This document shows, in pieces, positions 27,438-41,475 of a stretch of DNA of 64,000 nucleotides. The stretch covers positions 11,523 through 75,522 of the forward strand of contig JBFWNS010000005.1 in the NCBI GenBank assembly GCA_050250935.1. The letters are read 5' to 3'. Under the pieces are notes generated by a model, which was not told the DNA's origin, made no database searches, and saw nothing but the letters and a program-made list of their open reading frames with translations. Within the stretch, counting starts at the first letter, position 1; every line of letters begins with the position of its first letter. A program made the translations under genes and the position numbers. This DNA is from Candidatus Margulisiibacteriota bacterium. Its GTDB lineage: Bacteria; Margulisbacteria; Marinamargulisbacteria; JBFWNS01.

Positions 27438-28826
27438 ATGGTTAATAGATTTTGCCGCCCCTTACTGTCTAATAGCTTTTTTATTTTTGGTGCTAGGGGT
27501 ACTGGTAAGACCACATTTTTGAAATCCCTTTTTAAGGGAAAATCTATTTTATGGATCGATTTATTAGATCCTGAAGAAGAAGACCGATTTCATCGTACAC
27601 CCAATGAATTGGCCCGCCGTGTGGAAGCTAATCCCCATTTAGAATGGGTTGTGATCGATGAGATTCAAAAAAATCCAGCTTTGTTGAATGTCATTCATCA
27701 CCTGATTGAAACAACATCGATTAAATTTGCTTTAACGGGTTCCAGCGCTCGGAAATTAAAACAGGGTAGTGCTAATTTATTGGCTGGTCGGGCTTTTTAT
27801 AATCATTTTTATCCACTCACTTATTTTGAAATGAAAGATGCTTTTGAATTGGATGATGTATTAAGTTGGGGGACCTTGCCCAAGTTGTTAGGTACTCATT
27901 CAACCCGTGAAAAAACAGAGTATCTAAAAACCTATGCCTTAACCTATCTTCGAGAAGAAATTTGGTCTGAACATATTATTCGTAAATTAGATCCGTTTCG
28001 AAAGTTTTTAGAAGTAGCGGCCCAGTGTAATGGGGAAATTTTGAATTATGCCAATATTGCCAGAGATGTTGGGGTGGCTACCACTACAGTTCAATCTTAT
28101 TTTGAGATTTTGGACGAAACCCTTTTGGGTCATTTTTTAGAGCCTTATCATCAGTCCATTCGCAAACAGCAACGGCAAAATCCTAAATTTTTTCTTTTTG
28201 ATACAGGGGTGAAGCGAGCATTGGAAGGTCAACTTAGCGTATCCTTGGTTCCTGGAACCTATGATTATGGTCATGCGTTTGAACAGTTTATCGTTTTAGA
28301 GATTATGCGACTTAATGATTATTTGGGAATGGATTTGAAGTTGTCCTATCTAAGGACCAAAGATCAGGCTGAAATTGATCTCATTATTGAATATCCCAAC
28401 GGTGAAACCCTTTTAATTGAAATTAAATCTACCGAAGAAGTAGATGAACGACATATTCGGACGCTTAATCGATTTTTACCGGATTTTGAGAATGCGAGAG
28501 GAATGCTTATTTCAAGAGATCCTTATCCTAAAAAAATAGGTGCTGTTATGGCTTATCCTTGGCAAGCTGCGTTGAAAGAGATTTTTAGATTTACAAAAGA
28601 GGGGCTGCTCAAAACCCTAGAAGAGAAAGGGTTTCGTAGAAACCAAAATCAAGGGTTTACGCATCCAAAAACACAAACAACACTAACCATGGAAGTGATG
28701 AACTACTTTCCCCAGGATGTTGATCTGGTTGAATTGGATTTGGATGCTGAAAACACAATTTATAGTATGGCGCCTTTAGAAAAAACGCCAGCAGGGTTTA
28801 TTAATTGTGTGGTGGGCTTGTCTTAG
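27438..28826 (+). CDS. AAA_14 ATPase with DUF4143 (PD-(D/E)xK-like) domain
   Basis: Walker A GARGTGKT, Walker B VVIDEIQ, LTGSS, LAGR, PKFFLFDTG, EIDLII...IEIKS; visibly AT-rich. Confidence 0.88.
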   Translation: MVNRFCRPLLSNSFFIFGARGTGKTTFLKSLFKGKSILWIDLLDPEEEDRFHRTPNELARRVEANPHLEWVVIDEIQKNPALLNVIHHLIETTSIKFALTGSSARKLKQGSANLLAGRAFYNHFYPLTYFEMKDAFELDDVLSWGTLPKLLGTHSTREKTEYLKTYALTYLREEIWSEHIIRKLDPFRKFLEVAAQCNGEILNYANIARDVGVATTTVQSYFEILDETLLGHFLEPYHQSIRKQQRQNPKFFLFDTGVKRALEGQLSVSLVPGTYDYGHAFEQFIVLEIMRLNDYLGMDLKLSYLRTKDQAEIDLIIEYPNGETLLIEIKSTEEVDERHIRTLNRFLPDFENARGMLISRDPYPKKIGAVMAYPWQAALKEIFRFTKEGLLKTLEEKGFRRNQNQGFTHPKTQTTLTMEVMNYFPQDVDLVELDLDAENTIYSMAPLEKTPAGFINCVVGLS

Positions 28827-29601
28827 GCCGGTTTTCTTTTTCCCAAACCTTAGCCATCAACAAATACGAATACACAAAATTCATCATGGCAATGATAAAG
28901 CCATGCATGCCGTCTTTGCGGCCTTTAAAATGGAACAGGGTTTGGGTAAACATGCCAAAGGCCCGGCTAAACAGTCCCCAGCGGGTCAAGGTGAAGGCGT
29001 TTTTGCCGGCAAAATACTCGGCTTCTAGGGTGGTGTAGTGGTTCACTTTGGCGAAATACGAGGTCATGGTTTCAAAGGTATAGTGGACGATGTGGGCGTT
29101 GGGGGTGAGGGGGAGTTGGGTTTTGGATCCTGTACTTTCCACTTTTTCGTGAACGATGGTGTCTGCGAATCGCAGGGTGTCGCGTCGAACCAGACGGGCT
29201 TGGTAGTCGGGGTACCAACCGCAGTGGTAAATGGGTTTGCCCAAAACGTGGTTCAGTCGAGGAATTTCCAACAGGCTGTGTTGGGATTGGGCTATAAATG
29301 TTTTAAGGGCTTCGCCTAGTTCTGGGGTTAGGCGTTCGTCGGCATCCAAAAACAAGATCCAATCGGTGGTCATCAGGCTGGCGCCATGTTGGCGTTGGTC
29401 TCGGAAATTGGTGAAGGGGTGGATGGCGGTTTGCGCACCGTTGGCTTCGGCAATGGCCAGGGTGGTGTCGGTGGATTGGGAATCCAAAACCATCACTTGG
29501 GTCAGGGTTTCGCCAAGGCTTTTACAAGACGCTAGGCAATCGCCAATATGGGCGGCTTCGTTTTTGGTCAGAATCAAGATGCCCAGTGTAGGCAATGCCA
29601 C
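28801..29601 (-). CDS. Family 2 glycosyltransferase (KdtX/WaaE-like)
   Basis: ILTKNEA, DSQSTD, WILFLDADE, GWYPDYQARL, VHE. Confidence 0.88.
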   Translation of the reverse strand: MALPTLGILILTKNEAAHIGDCLASCKSLGETLTQVMVLDSQSTDTTLAIAEANGAQTAIHPFTNFRDQRQHGASLMTTDWILFLDADERLTPELGEALKTFIAQSQHSLLEIPRLNHVLGKPIYHCGWYPDYQARLVRRDTLRFADTIVHEKVESTGSKTQLPLTPNAHIVHYTFETMTSYFAKVNHYTTLEAEYFAGKNAFTLTRWGLFSRAFGMFTQTLFHFKGRKDGMHGFIIAMMNFVYSYLLMAKVWEKENRPKTSPPHN

Positions 29602-29607
29602 CGGAGG

Positions 29608-29916
29608 CTAATCTCCGTAGACGGTGTAGGTTTCTTGAATGTAGGTGCCCAAGGGCCATACGGTTGTGGTTTTGTCGATGTGGTGAACTTGCGTAATCCC
29701 GGCTTTTTTCATGGCCGTTTCCAAGCTGGCATCTCCAAACCCAAACAACCACAATAGGGCGCTGGTCGAAACTTCAACTTGTTTGGAATATCCCACCTTG
29801 GCTGTTGCGGTTACGGGTTCCGTGGTGCTGGAATACAACAAACCCAGGGGAGCAGCCGAAAGCGAAGCGCTCAAGAACGTCACACAGATCAGGGCGAAAA
29901 GGGATTTTTTTATCAT
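29608..29916 (-). CDS. Small secreted protein, TRL-like family
   Basis: Signal peptide, LWLFGFGDASLETAMKKAGI, C-terminal TVYGD. Start placed at ATG 29916. Confidence 0.65.
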   Translation of the reverse strand: MIKKSLFALICVTFLSASLSAAPLGLLYSSTTEPVTATAKVGYSKQVEVSTSALLWLFGFGDASLETAMKKAGITQVHHIDKTTTVWPLGTYIQETYTVYGD

Positions 29917-30081
29917 GGGCAAAGTATATCAGGATCAGTGGTGTTTAAAAAAGGGGGCTTTGGGGAATTGATCAACCATTGGGCATCATGATACCTTCTT
30001 GATTAGCTTCCAAACTTTCTTATCAACAAGCCCTCAACCGGCTTCTTCCCAACGTCATTGTCGCAAAGGACATTTCCAGTC

Positions 30082-31437
30082 ATGAAAAAAACAGCAGAAG
30101 ACCAGGATCTAGGTTCAATTCTTGAATCGGATAAACCCATTGAAAAACGCAAAGAACAAACCGAAGAAGAGCTTCGAGCCCTTCGTGAAAACGACGATAA
30201 TCTCGACATTGTTGAACTGCAAAAAAGTTCGCTAAAAGCCCTACATGATCGGGCTGCAGGCATGGGCATTCCCGACTATAAACAGCTTAAAAAAAATGAC
30301 CTGATTTTTAAAATGTTGCAGGTTAAAACCGAGCAAAATGGCCTGATTTTTGCCCGGGGCGTTTTGGAAATTTTGCCCGATGGATATGGGTTTTTAAGGA
30401 CCAATAACTATTTGCCAAGCTCGGAAGATATCTATGTGTCCCAAACCCAAATTCGCCGGTTTGGCCTGTCCAGTGGGGACACCATTTCGGGCCAAGTGCG
30501 TCCACCTAAAGAAGGGGAGCGCTATTTTTCGTTGCTGCGGGTCGAAGCCATTAACTGGGAAGACCCTGATAAAATCAAAGAACGGACCCTGTTTAGCAAT
30601 TTAACGCCGGTGTATCCCGACCAGCAGTTGAAGCTGGAAACGGGGCGAACCCCAATTTCTGGGCGCATCATGGACATGTTGGTTCCTGTGGGCAAAGGCC
30701 AACGGGGGTTGATTGTATCACCACCCAAAGCGGGTAAGACCACCATCCTTAAAGAGATTGCCAATAGCATTTCGCAAAATCACCCCGAGGTGTTGATCAA
30801 GGTCTTATTGATTGATGAACGCCCCGAAGAGGTAACCGATATGGAACGATCCGTGGACGGCGAGGTGATTTATTCCACCTTCGACGAGCCGCCCGATCAG
30901 CATGTTCGTATTTCTGAGCTGGTCTTGGACAGTGCCAAGCGGTTGGTGGAATGTGGCAAAGATGTGGTGATTTTGTTGGACAGCATCACGCGGTTGGCCC
31001 GGGCCTATAACCTGGTTGTGCCGCCGTCTGGCCGGACATTGTCTGGGGGCTTGGACCCCAGTTCCTTGCACAAGCCCAAGCGGTTTTTTGGGGGTGCCCG
31101 AAACATCGAACAAGGCGGAAGCCTCACCATCATTGCCACCGCATTGGTGGATACAGGGTCTCGGATGGACGACATCATTTACGAAGAATTTAAAGGGACA
31201 GGGAATATGGAATTGCACCTGGACCGAAAGCTGGCGAACCGACGGATTTTCCCCGCCATCGATATTGTCAATTCTGGTACCCGAAAAGAAGAGTTGTTGA
31301 TTCCCGAGCCTGTGCTGAAAAAAACCTATTTGCTGCGTAAAAATATCGATTCGGACAGTTCAACCGAAGAGTTGATTCGCTTGTTGGTTCATACCAAAAG
31401 CAACGACGAGTTTTTAAGCTCGGCCATTTTCTCTTAA
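30082..31437 (+). CDS. rho: Transcription termination factor Rho
   Basis: [54 protein letters not shown]. Confidence 0.97.
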   Translation: MKKTAEDQDLGSILESDKPIEKRKEQTEEELRALRENDDNLDIVELQKSSLKALHDRAAGMGIPDYKQLKKNDLIFKMLQVKTEQNGLIFARGVLEILPDGYGFLRTNNYLPSSEDIYVSQTQIRRFGLSSGDTISGQVRPPKEGERYFSLLRVEAINWEDPDKIKERTLFSNLTPVYPDQQLKLETGRTPISGRIMDMLVPVGKGQRGLIVSPPKAGKTTILKEIANSISQNHPEVLIKVLLIDERPEEVTDMERSVDGEVIYSTFDEPPDQHVRISELVLDSAKRLVECGKDVVILLDSITRLARAYNLVVPPSGRTLSGGLDPSSLHKPKRFFGGARNIEQGGSLTIIATALVDTGSRMDDIIYEEFKGTGNMELHLDRKLANRRIFPAIDIVNSGTRKEELLIPEPVLKKTYLLRKNIDSDSSTEELIRLLVHTKSNDEFLSSAIFS

Positions 31438-31441
31438 GGGT

Positions 31442-32802
<1,361 letters not shown>

Positions 32803-32806
<4 letters not shown>

Positions 32807-34230
32807 GCCGTCGTTTGCCCACCGAAAAAATCAAAAAAGTCCTGATTATTCGCCCCGATGCTTTGGGCGATATGGTATTGACCTTGCCCTGTGTGGCGGC
32901 CATCAAAAAAGCCTATCCACAGTGGCACGTGGCGGTGTTGGCCTCGCCGTATAATGCGCGGATCATGTCCCATATGGATTGTTTTGACGAGGTTATTTTG
33001 GACAAATTTAGAACGGGAGAAGCCGAAGGAAAAGCTGGGTTTTGGCGCTATGTGCGCTGGCTTAAGACCCAGAATTTTGATTTGGCCATCCATTTTTATT
33101 CGGAAACACCAACGGTGTGGTTGTCGGTGTTTGCGGGGATACCCTATCACATTGGCGACAAGGCCAAATTGGGATTGTGGCCTATTTTTCGAAAATATGG
33201 GGCTTTTTTAAAGACCTTTGATCAGACCAAGCATGTGGTGGAGTACAATTTTCAGTTGTTGAAGGCCTTGGGAATTACCTTGGACCCCGAGCAAAAATTG
33301 AGTTTAACCGTCCCCCCAGGCCAAACCGAAAGGGCAAAAGACCTCCTAAACCAAGCGGGTCGTCGCTGGGACAAGCCCTTGGTGGGCATCCAAATTGGGG
33401 TTGGGTTTGGGAACCGTCCCATTGAACCCGAAAAATTCGCCGAATTTGTAAATGCCCTTCGCCGTCACCGAGACGTGGATGTGTGTGTCACCCCCTTTAC
33501 CGATAAAGAAAAGGCGTTTCGGGACCGGTTTGTGGCGGCGTGTCAGGGCCCGGTTTTAAACTTGGATGATACCAAAATCACCGAATTAATGGGTGTGATT
33601 TCTCTGTACAGCGTCTATGTTAGTGTGGATACAGGCCCCTTTCATATTGGGGCAGCGTTGGGGGTTCCGATGTTGGCCATCTTCCCTTCCCGCAAGGTCA
33701 AACCCACCCGTTGGGCACCTTGGCGAAACCGCCATTTAATGGTTCGCGAGAGCCGAACCTGTCCCTTGTTTTGTCCCCACGAAGGGTGTCCGCTAACCAT
33801 TTGTTCGGACGCCATTCGGGTCGAAGACATGGTGGCCAAGACCGAAATTTTGTTGGACGGTGGGGGTGTTGAATCGGCCAACGATCAGTTTGCTTATTGG
33901 TTCAAAGCCAGTATGACGGTTTTGGTTTTGGACGATGCAAAGACCGAAGCCCATGCCAAAGCCTATGCGGATCATTTAAATGCCCTGGGCATTGTGGCCC
34001 ATCGGACCTCGGTTTATACCCCAGAGCTCCCCGCCAAATTGCTGGAAGGGGATATCACCATCATCCATAATTTCAGTGGAAAGCGCCGCCTCTATTTGGC
34101 TTGGGAAGCCCGAAAAATTGCTTTGAAACTGTTTAATCCCCCATTGCTGATTCATACGGCTAAAAATCCCCTCCCCGAAGCCGAAACAATCGCGTATTAT
34201 AAGGATGCCTTTGAACACAAACGCTTTTAA
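32803..34230 (+). CDS. Family 9 glycosyltransferase (heptosyltransferase-like) with C-terminal extension
   Basis: IRPDALGD, VSVDTGPFHIGAALGVP, RWAPW. Confidence 0.85.
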
Positions 34231-34239
34231 GGATGATCT

Positions 34240-34635
34240 ATGACCCCGATTCTAGTTCCTGTTGCCCCTGGCGAACTCATTGATAAATTGACCATTTTGG
34301 AACTCAAACTCAGCCATATGTCCGATCCGGTCAAAATCAAAAATGTTCAGTACGAATATGATGAATTGACCGCGGTATTGAACCAAGCTTGCCCAGAAAC
34401 CCCAGCTTTAAGCAGCCTGCGAACCCAGTTAAAGACCATTAATCAAACCCTTTGGGACATCGAAGACGACATTCGACTTTGCGAAAAAAACCAAGATTTT
34501 GGGCCCAAGTTTATCGAATTGGCCAGGGCTGTGTATCACACCAACGATCAGCGCGCTGCGGTTAAGCGCGAGATCAACCTTCTTTTAAAGTCGTCGATTT
34601 TAGAGGAAAAATCCTATCAGAACTACAGCGCCTAA
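34240..34635 (+). CDS. DUF6165-like protein
   Basis: GELIDKLTILELK, INQTLWDIEDDIR, FIELARAVYHTND, EEKSY. Confidence 0.75.
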   Translation: MTPILVPVAPGELIDKLTILELKLSHMSDPVKIKNVQYEYDELTAVLNQACPETPALSSLRTQLKTINQTLWDIEDDIRLCEKNQDFGPKFIELARAVYHTNDQRAAVKREINLLLKSSILEEKSYQNYSA

Positions 34636-34645
34636 CCCCAAAACG

Positions 34646-35755
34646 GTGGTCTTGGTCAGTCCGGTCAGCCATATTGGTGGGGCCGAAAAGAACCTGGTTC
34701 TAACCTGTAAGCTTCTCGTTGCAGGTGGGTGGCGTCCCGTGGTGGTTTTGCCAGAAGGTGGCGAACTAACGGCCCAGCTTCAAGCCCTGCAAGTCACCTG
34801 TGTTCATTTAAAAGAAAGCTTGCTCAAAAGCGGGCAAATTTTTGTCGTTTTGTGGGCGGTGATGCAACTGTGGTGGAAGTTGCGGCGTTTTCATATTGAT
34901 GTGATTCATGCCAATTCTATCTTTTCTTTATATGTGCCCGTGTATTTGGGATTTATTTGGGGCAAAAAAGTCTGGGTCACCTGGGCGGATTTCGATGCCC
35001 GGGCTGGGGATGTGGCCTTGGTGAACGTGATGAAGCGGGTGGGCGTCTTTGCGGTTTCCCGAAGTACCCATCGGTTTTTATTGGACCATGGGATGAGGCC
35101 GGATGCGATTCAGCTTCTTTATAATGGAACCGAAAAGCCTCAGTACCTGGAAGATCCTGAAGCCGTCCGTCGGCGCTTGGGCCTTGGGGAAAACGATTGG
35201 TGTGTGGGCATAACGGGGAGAATCGATGGCTGGAAAGGTCATCGTACGGCTATTCTGGCGTTTTCAAAGCTCAGTTTTCCCAACCGCAAACTCATCATTA
35301 TGGGCAGTTATCATCTGATTAAAGATCCAGGTTTGAAAGCCGATCTCGAATCCTTGATTACCGAACTGAATCTGACCAATCGGGTGGTGTTTACCGGCTA
35401 TTTGCAGGACCCGGCTTCTGTGGTGAACACGTTGGATGTGGTGATCTGTCCTTCCGACTACGAACCGTTTGGATTGGTGGCCATCGAAGCCATGGCCTTG
35501 GCCAAACCCGTTGTGGCCAGCGATGTGGGCGGCTTATCCGAAATTGTGCTGGATGGGGAGACTGGTTTTTTAGTCCCCCCAAAAAATTCGGATGCACTGG
35601 CGGAAAAACTGGCGCTTTTGGCCGACAATGCTTTGGCAAAAACCATGGGGAAAAAAGGCCAAATTCGGTTCGAACAGTGCTTTACAACCGATGTTTTTTG
35701 GGCAGCCTACGGGACATTTTTGGCGAAATCGACATCCCCCAAAAATAGTGTTTGA
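34646..35755 (+). CDS. Family 4 glycosyltransferase
   Basis: GGAEK, GRIDGWKG, EPFGLVAIEAM, VGGLSEIV. Start uncertain. Confidence 0.88.
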   Translation: MVLVSPVSHIGGAEKNLVLTCKLLVAGGWRPVVVLPEGGELTAQLQALQVTCVHLKESLLKSGQIFVVLWAVMQLWWKLRRFHIDVIHANSIFSLYVPVYLGFIWGKKVWVTWADFDARAGDVALVNVMKRVGVFAVSRSTHRFLLDHGMRPDAIQLLYNGTEKPQYLEDPEAVRRRLGLGENDWCVGITGRIDGWKGHRTAILAFSKLSFPNRKLIIMGSYHLIKDPGLKADLESLITELNLTNRVVFTGYLQDPASVVNTLDVVICPSDYEPFGLVAIEAMALAKPVVASDVGGLSEIVLDGETGFLVPPKNSDALAEKLALLADNALAKTMGKKGQIRFEQCFTTDVFWAAYGTFLAKSTSPKNSV

Positions 35756-35780
35756 CAATCGCGATGTGTTCCAGTATAGT
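35752..35780 (+). promoter_or_regulatory. Sigma70 promoter of the 23S-5S unit
   Basis: TTGACA-17 bp-TATAGT about 80 bp upstream of 23S. Confidence 0.85.
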
Positions 35781-35815
35781 TACACGCCTGCACGAAATTC
35801 CGAGTTGAGTGCAGT

Positions 35816-35829
35816 TGATCTTTGAAAAC
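35816..35829 (+). promoter_or_regulatory. boxA-like rRNA antitermination site
   Basis: TGATCTTTGAAAAC following a ctgcac...gtgcag hairpin in the rRNA leader. Confidence 0.7.
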
Positions 35830-35862
35830 TGAATGATAAATGAATAATGCCTCATAAGCCGT

Positions 35863-38848
<2,986 letters not shown>

Positions 38849-38943
38849 CTACGGCTTATGACGCATCGTTCATCTTTATCATTCATCTTCAAGATGATAT
38901 GCTTTCTCTGTTTTTACAGATAAAGTGTTGAAATCGTTATTCT

Positions 38944-39061
38944 TCTTGGTCACTATAGCGGAGGGGGTACACCTGTTCCCATACCGAACACAGAAGTTAA
39001 GTCCTCCAGCGCCTATGGTACTTACGGGTTACCCTGTTGGGAGAGTTGGTCGTGGCCAAGA
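38944..39061 (+). rRNA. rrf: 5S ribosomal RNA
   Basis: tcttggtcac...gtggccaaga terminal helix; cccataccgaacacagaagttaag. Confidence 0.96.
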
Positions 39062-39098
39062 ACAATACCGATTTCAGTTTTTTTAATAGTCTTTCACG

Positions 39099-39129
39099 AA
39101 CACCTTTAGCGAGGTGTTTTTGTGTTTAT
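39099..39129 (+). terminator. Probable intrinsic terminator after 5S
   Basis: aacacct-ttagcg-aggtgtt hairpin followed by a T-rich run. Confidence 0.65.
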
Positions 39130-39165
39130 ATTCTAAGGGGCTTTTCCCTGTTGATTGGGTTTAAG

Positions 39166-40230
39166 TTAAACCCAGTTTTTTTGTGTGCCGGGTTTATCGA
39201 TCGCGCAAAGCAATTCGTAGCGACTTAAGCCCGTTTGTTGGCTGACTTCGTCGAGGCTAATGCTGGCCTGTTGGTCTTTTCCCCAAAGAATGGCGGTGTC
39301 GCCCCGCGCAATTTTGAGGGGATTTTGCCCCAGGTTGACCATAAACATGTCCATACAAATGCGGCCCACGATGGGGTAGCGGGTGTCTCGAATCAAGACC
39401 TGTCCCCCTGGGGAAAGGGTTTGGGGCAGCCCGTCTGCATAGCCGCAGCCGATGGTGGCGATGGTGACGGGTTCGTTTGTTACAAATTGTTTGCGATAGC
39501 TGATGGGCGTCCCAGATGCCACTTCTTTGAGATGGATAATCGGGGCAGACAGTTGGGTAGTGCCATTGGCATAGGCAAAAATGCCGATTCGAACCATGTC
39601 GAAATGGGTTTCGGCGAGATTTAGCGTGGCATCGGAATTCGCGGCATGGACCAAGGGTCGAATCCCGAAATGGGTTTGGATGGCGGTTAGGGTTTGATTA
39701 AAACGGTCCAATTGATTGCGCCAATGCCCGTCTTCGGGTTCGTCGGCGTTGGAAAAGTGGGTCATGATGCCTGCGAGTTTCAGGTTGGGTTTGGATAAAA
39801 TCTGGGCGGTCAGGGCCAGGGCGTCGTCGGGACTGCAGCCAATGCGTCCCATGCCGGTGTCGATTTTAAGGTGGACCTCGATGGGGCCAGGATGGTGGGA
39901 TAGGGCTTCGATAAAGCTTGGGGTATAGACCACTTGGGCCAGGTGATGGGCAGACAGTGCAGCACCGGTGTCGGCAATGGGTTCGGACAGAATTAAAATG
40001 GGGGCGGTAAGGCCGGCTTCTCGCAGCACCATGGCTTCCCCGAGGTTGGCCACGGCCAACTGGGCACATCCAAAATCCAAAGCGGCTGTGGCCATGGGCA
40101 CACTGCCCAACCCATAGGCGTTTGCTTTCACCACGGCCATCATGGCGGTGGTTGGGGGAATTTTGTGTCGAATTAAGGCCAAGTTGGCTTTGTATTGGGC
40201 CAAATCGATGGCCAGATGGCAATGTCTCAT
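39166..40230 (-). CDS. alr: Alanine racemase
   Basis: AVVKANAYG, HLKIDTGMGRIG, MTHFS, HAANS, GYADG, VGRICMD. Confidence 0.93.
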   Translation of the reverse strand: MRHCHLAIDLAQYKANLALIRHKIPPTTAMMAVVKANAYGLGSVPMATAALDFGCAQLAVANLGEAMVLREAGLTAPILILSEPIADTGAALSAHHLAQVVYTPSFIEALSHHPGPIEVHLKIDTGMGRIGCSPDDALALTAQILSKPNLKLAGIMTHFSNADEPEDGHWRNQLDRFNQTLTAIQTHFGIRPLVHAANSDATLNLAETHFDMVRIGIFAYANGTTQLSAPIIHLKEVASGTPISYRKQFVTNEPVTIATIGCGYADGLPQTLSPGGQVLIRDTRYPIVGRICMDMFMVNLGQNPLKIARGDTAILWGKDQQASISLDEVSQQTGLSRYELLCAIDKPGTQKNWV

Positions 40231-40325
40231 GCCACCAGTGTAAGGGGAAACGCCTTGCCTGGGAAGGTATCGTTTGCTATAGTAAACATTGCTCTCAAAA
40301 TTTATTTCTTTTTAAGGATTTGGTT

Positions 40326-41459
40326 ATGGCGGCTGCGGCTGTTGCTCCTGTTGGGGCTTTACCTTTAGTTCCTGGTGTTCCTGCTGCTGCACCTGCTGGT
40401 GTTGGTGGAAATTTAAGGGCTCAAATTGTAGCCGGTTTGCAGGGGATTCAGGGAGCTTTAGCTAACGGCCCAGTTGCGGCTGAGCAAGCAGCAAGGGCTT
40501 TTTTGGCCCGGCCAGACCTTAATTTTGGACCTGTGGTAAACCCCTTTGTTGCGGCACACCGAATGCCGGCGCCTGTGATTGCCCCCAATGGGGCTGTGGC
40601 GGTTCCGTCCTTTGTTTTGCCAGGCCTTCCAACTGGTGGATCCGAGTCGGGTATCCCCATTTTGCACGAGTTGTTGCGCGCTGACCAATACCAAAATCTT
40701 GTTCCGGTGTTTTTGCGTTTATTAGGTGCACAGGATGCCCCTGAAGAGGCGCAGCAGTTGGTTTTGTATGATTCGCTTTATGGTCAATCAGAGTTGCTGA
40801 AGTCTTCCAGAGTTCTGGATGATGAGGCACTTGCTGCCCTTTCAACGAAGGTACGCAAACAACAAGAAAACAATGCTTCGCTCCGTGAGATGTTGGTTAG
40901 TTTTGCTAAGCGTTCAGAACTTCGACGAGATGAAGCAAGTGCTGCAGTCGCTCTAGCTCGTCAAAGGGCTGTCCATCTAGAAGAACTGGGGAGACGTGTG
41001 GATGCGTTGGCTGGTGAAGTTCGCGGTCGTTCAAATTCGGATCCTGTTTCTCCGTTACGGCCTTTAGCTGGAGATCCCCGATACTTTGCGGCCCCAGGCG
41101 TATCTCCTAGGGGAGAAAGGTCAAATTCCAGAGCTTCTGCGTCTTCTTCCGATTCTGCGGGTTCTCGTTCGGTGAGTCCTTCAAGCGTTGCTCTAGATGC
41201 CATAGGTACAGGTAGTCCAACGGTTGCAAGGGCTGCTGCTTTGGCAGTACGTTCTCCGCATGAAGTAAGGGATGGTGCAACCCCACGTAGGGCCTTTGGG
41301 GCGTCAGCTAGGCAACAGACGGGGTTTGCTTCTGCGCCGGTGTCTCCTGCCAAGCCACTAGCCTGTCAACTCGTCCCTGGTGACGAGAATGCGCTTCCGA
41401 TGAGGGATGTCACTGGTAGTGGGTTTGGCCCTTACACCCCAGTTGTGCCGCCTACTTAA
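40326..41459 (+). CDS. Hypothetical low-complexity protein (Ala/Pro N-terminus, coiled-coil middle, Ser-rich C-terminus)
   Basis: AAGGA Shine-Dalgarno before ATG 40326; the longer 40122 start overlaps alr. Confidence 0.75.
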   Translation: MAAAAVAPVGALPLVPGVPAAAPAGVGGNLRAQIVAGLQGIQGALANGPVAAEQAARAFLARPDLNFGPVVNPFVAAHRMPAPVIAPNGAVAVPSFVLPGLPTGGSESGIPILHELLRADQYQNLVPVFLRLLGAQDAPEEAQQLVLYDSLYGQSELLKSSRVLDDEALAALSTKVRKQQENNASLREMLVSFAKRSELRRDEASAAVALARQRAVHLEELGRRVDALAGEVRGRSNSDPVSPLRPLAGDPRYFAAPGVSPRGERSNSRASASSSDSAGSRSVSPSSVALDAIGTGSPTVARAAALAVRSPHEVRDGATPRRAFGASARQQTGFASAPVSPAKPLACQLVPGDENALPMRDVTGSGFGPYTPVVPPT

Positions 41460-41475
41460 TTTTTAAGGCTGGCGT

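Noticed and set aside
8035..28826. Prophage or integrative element carrying the orphan genes
   Set aside because: No integrase, transposase, phage genes or flanking direct repeats were seen, and core genes are interspersed.
34601..34648. Non-canonical ATC start for the GT4 gene (GAGG upstream of 34616)
   Set aside because: GTG 34646 gives an adequate N-terminus, and nothing in the sequence discriminates between them.
39103..39114. ctttagcgagg after 5S matching the left flank of the hairpin repeat
   Set aside because: Only 11 bp match and it is explained by the terminator hairpin; likely chance.
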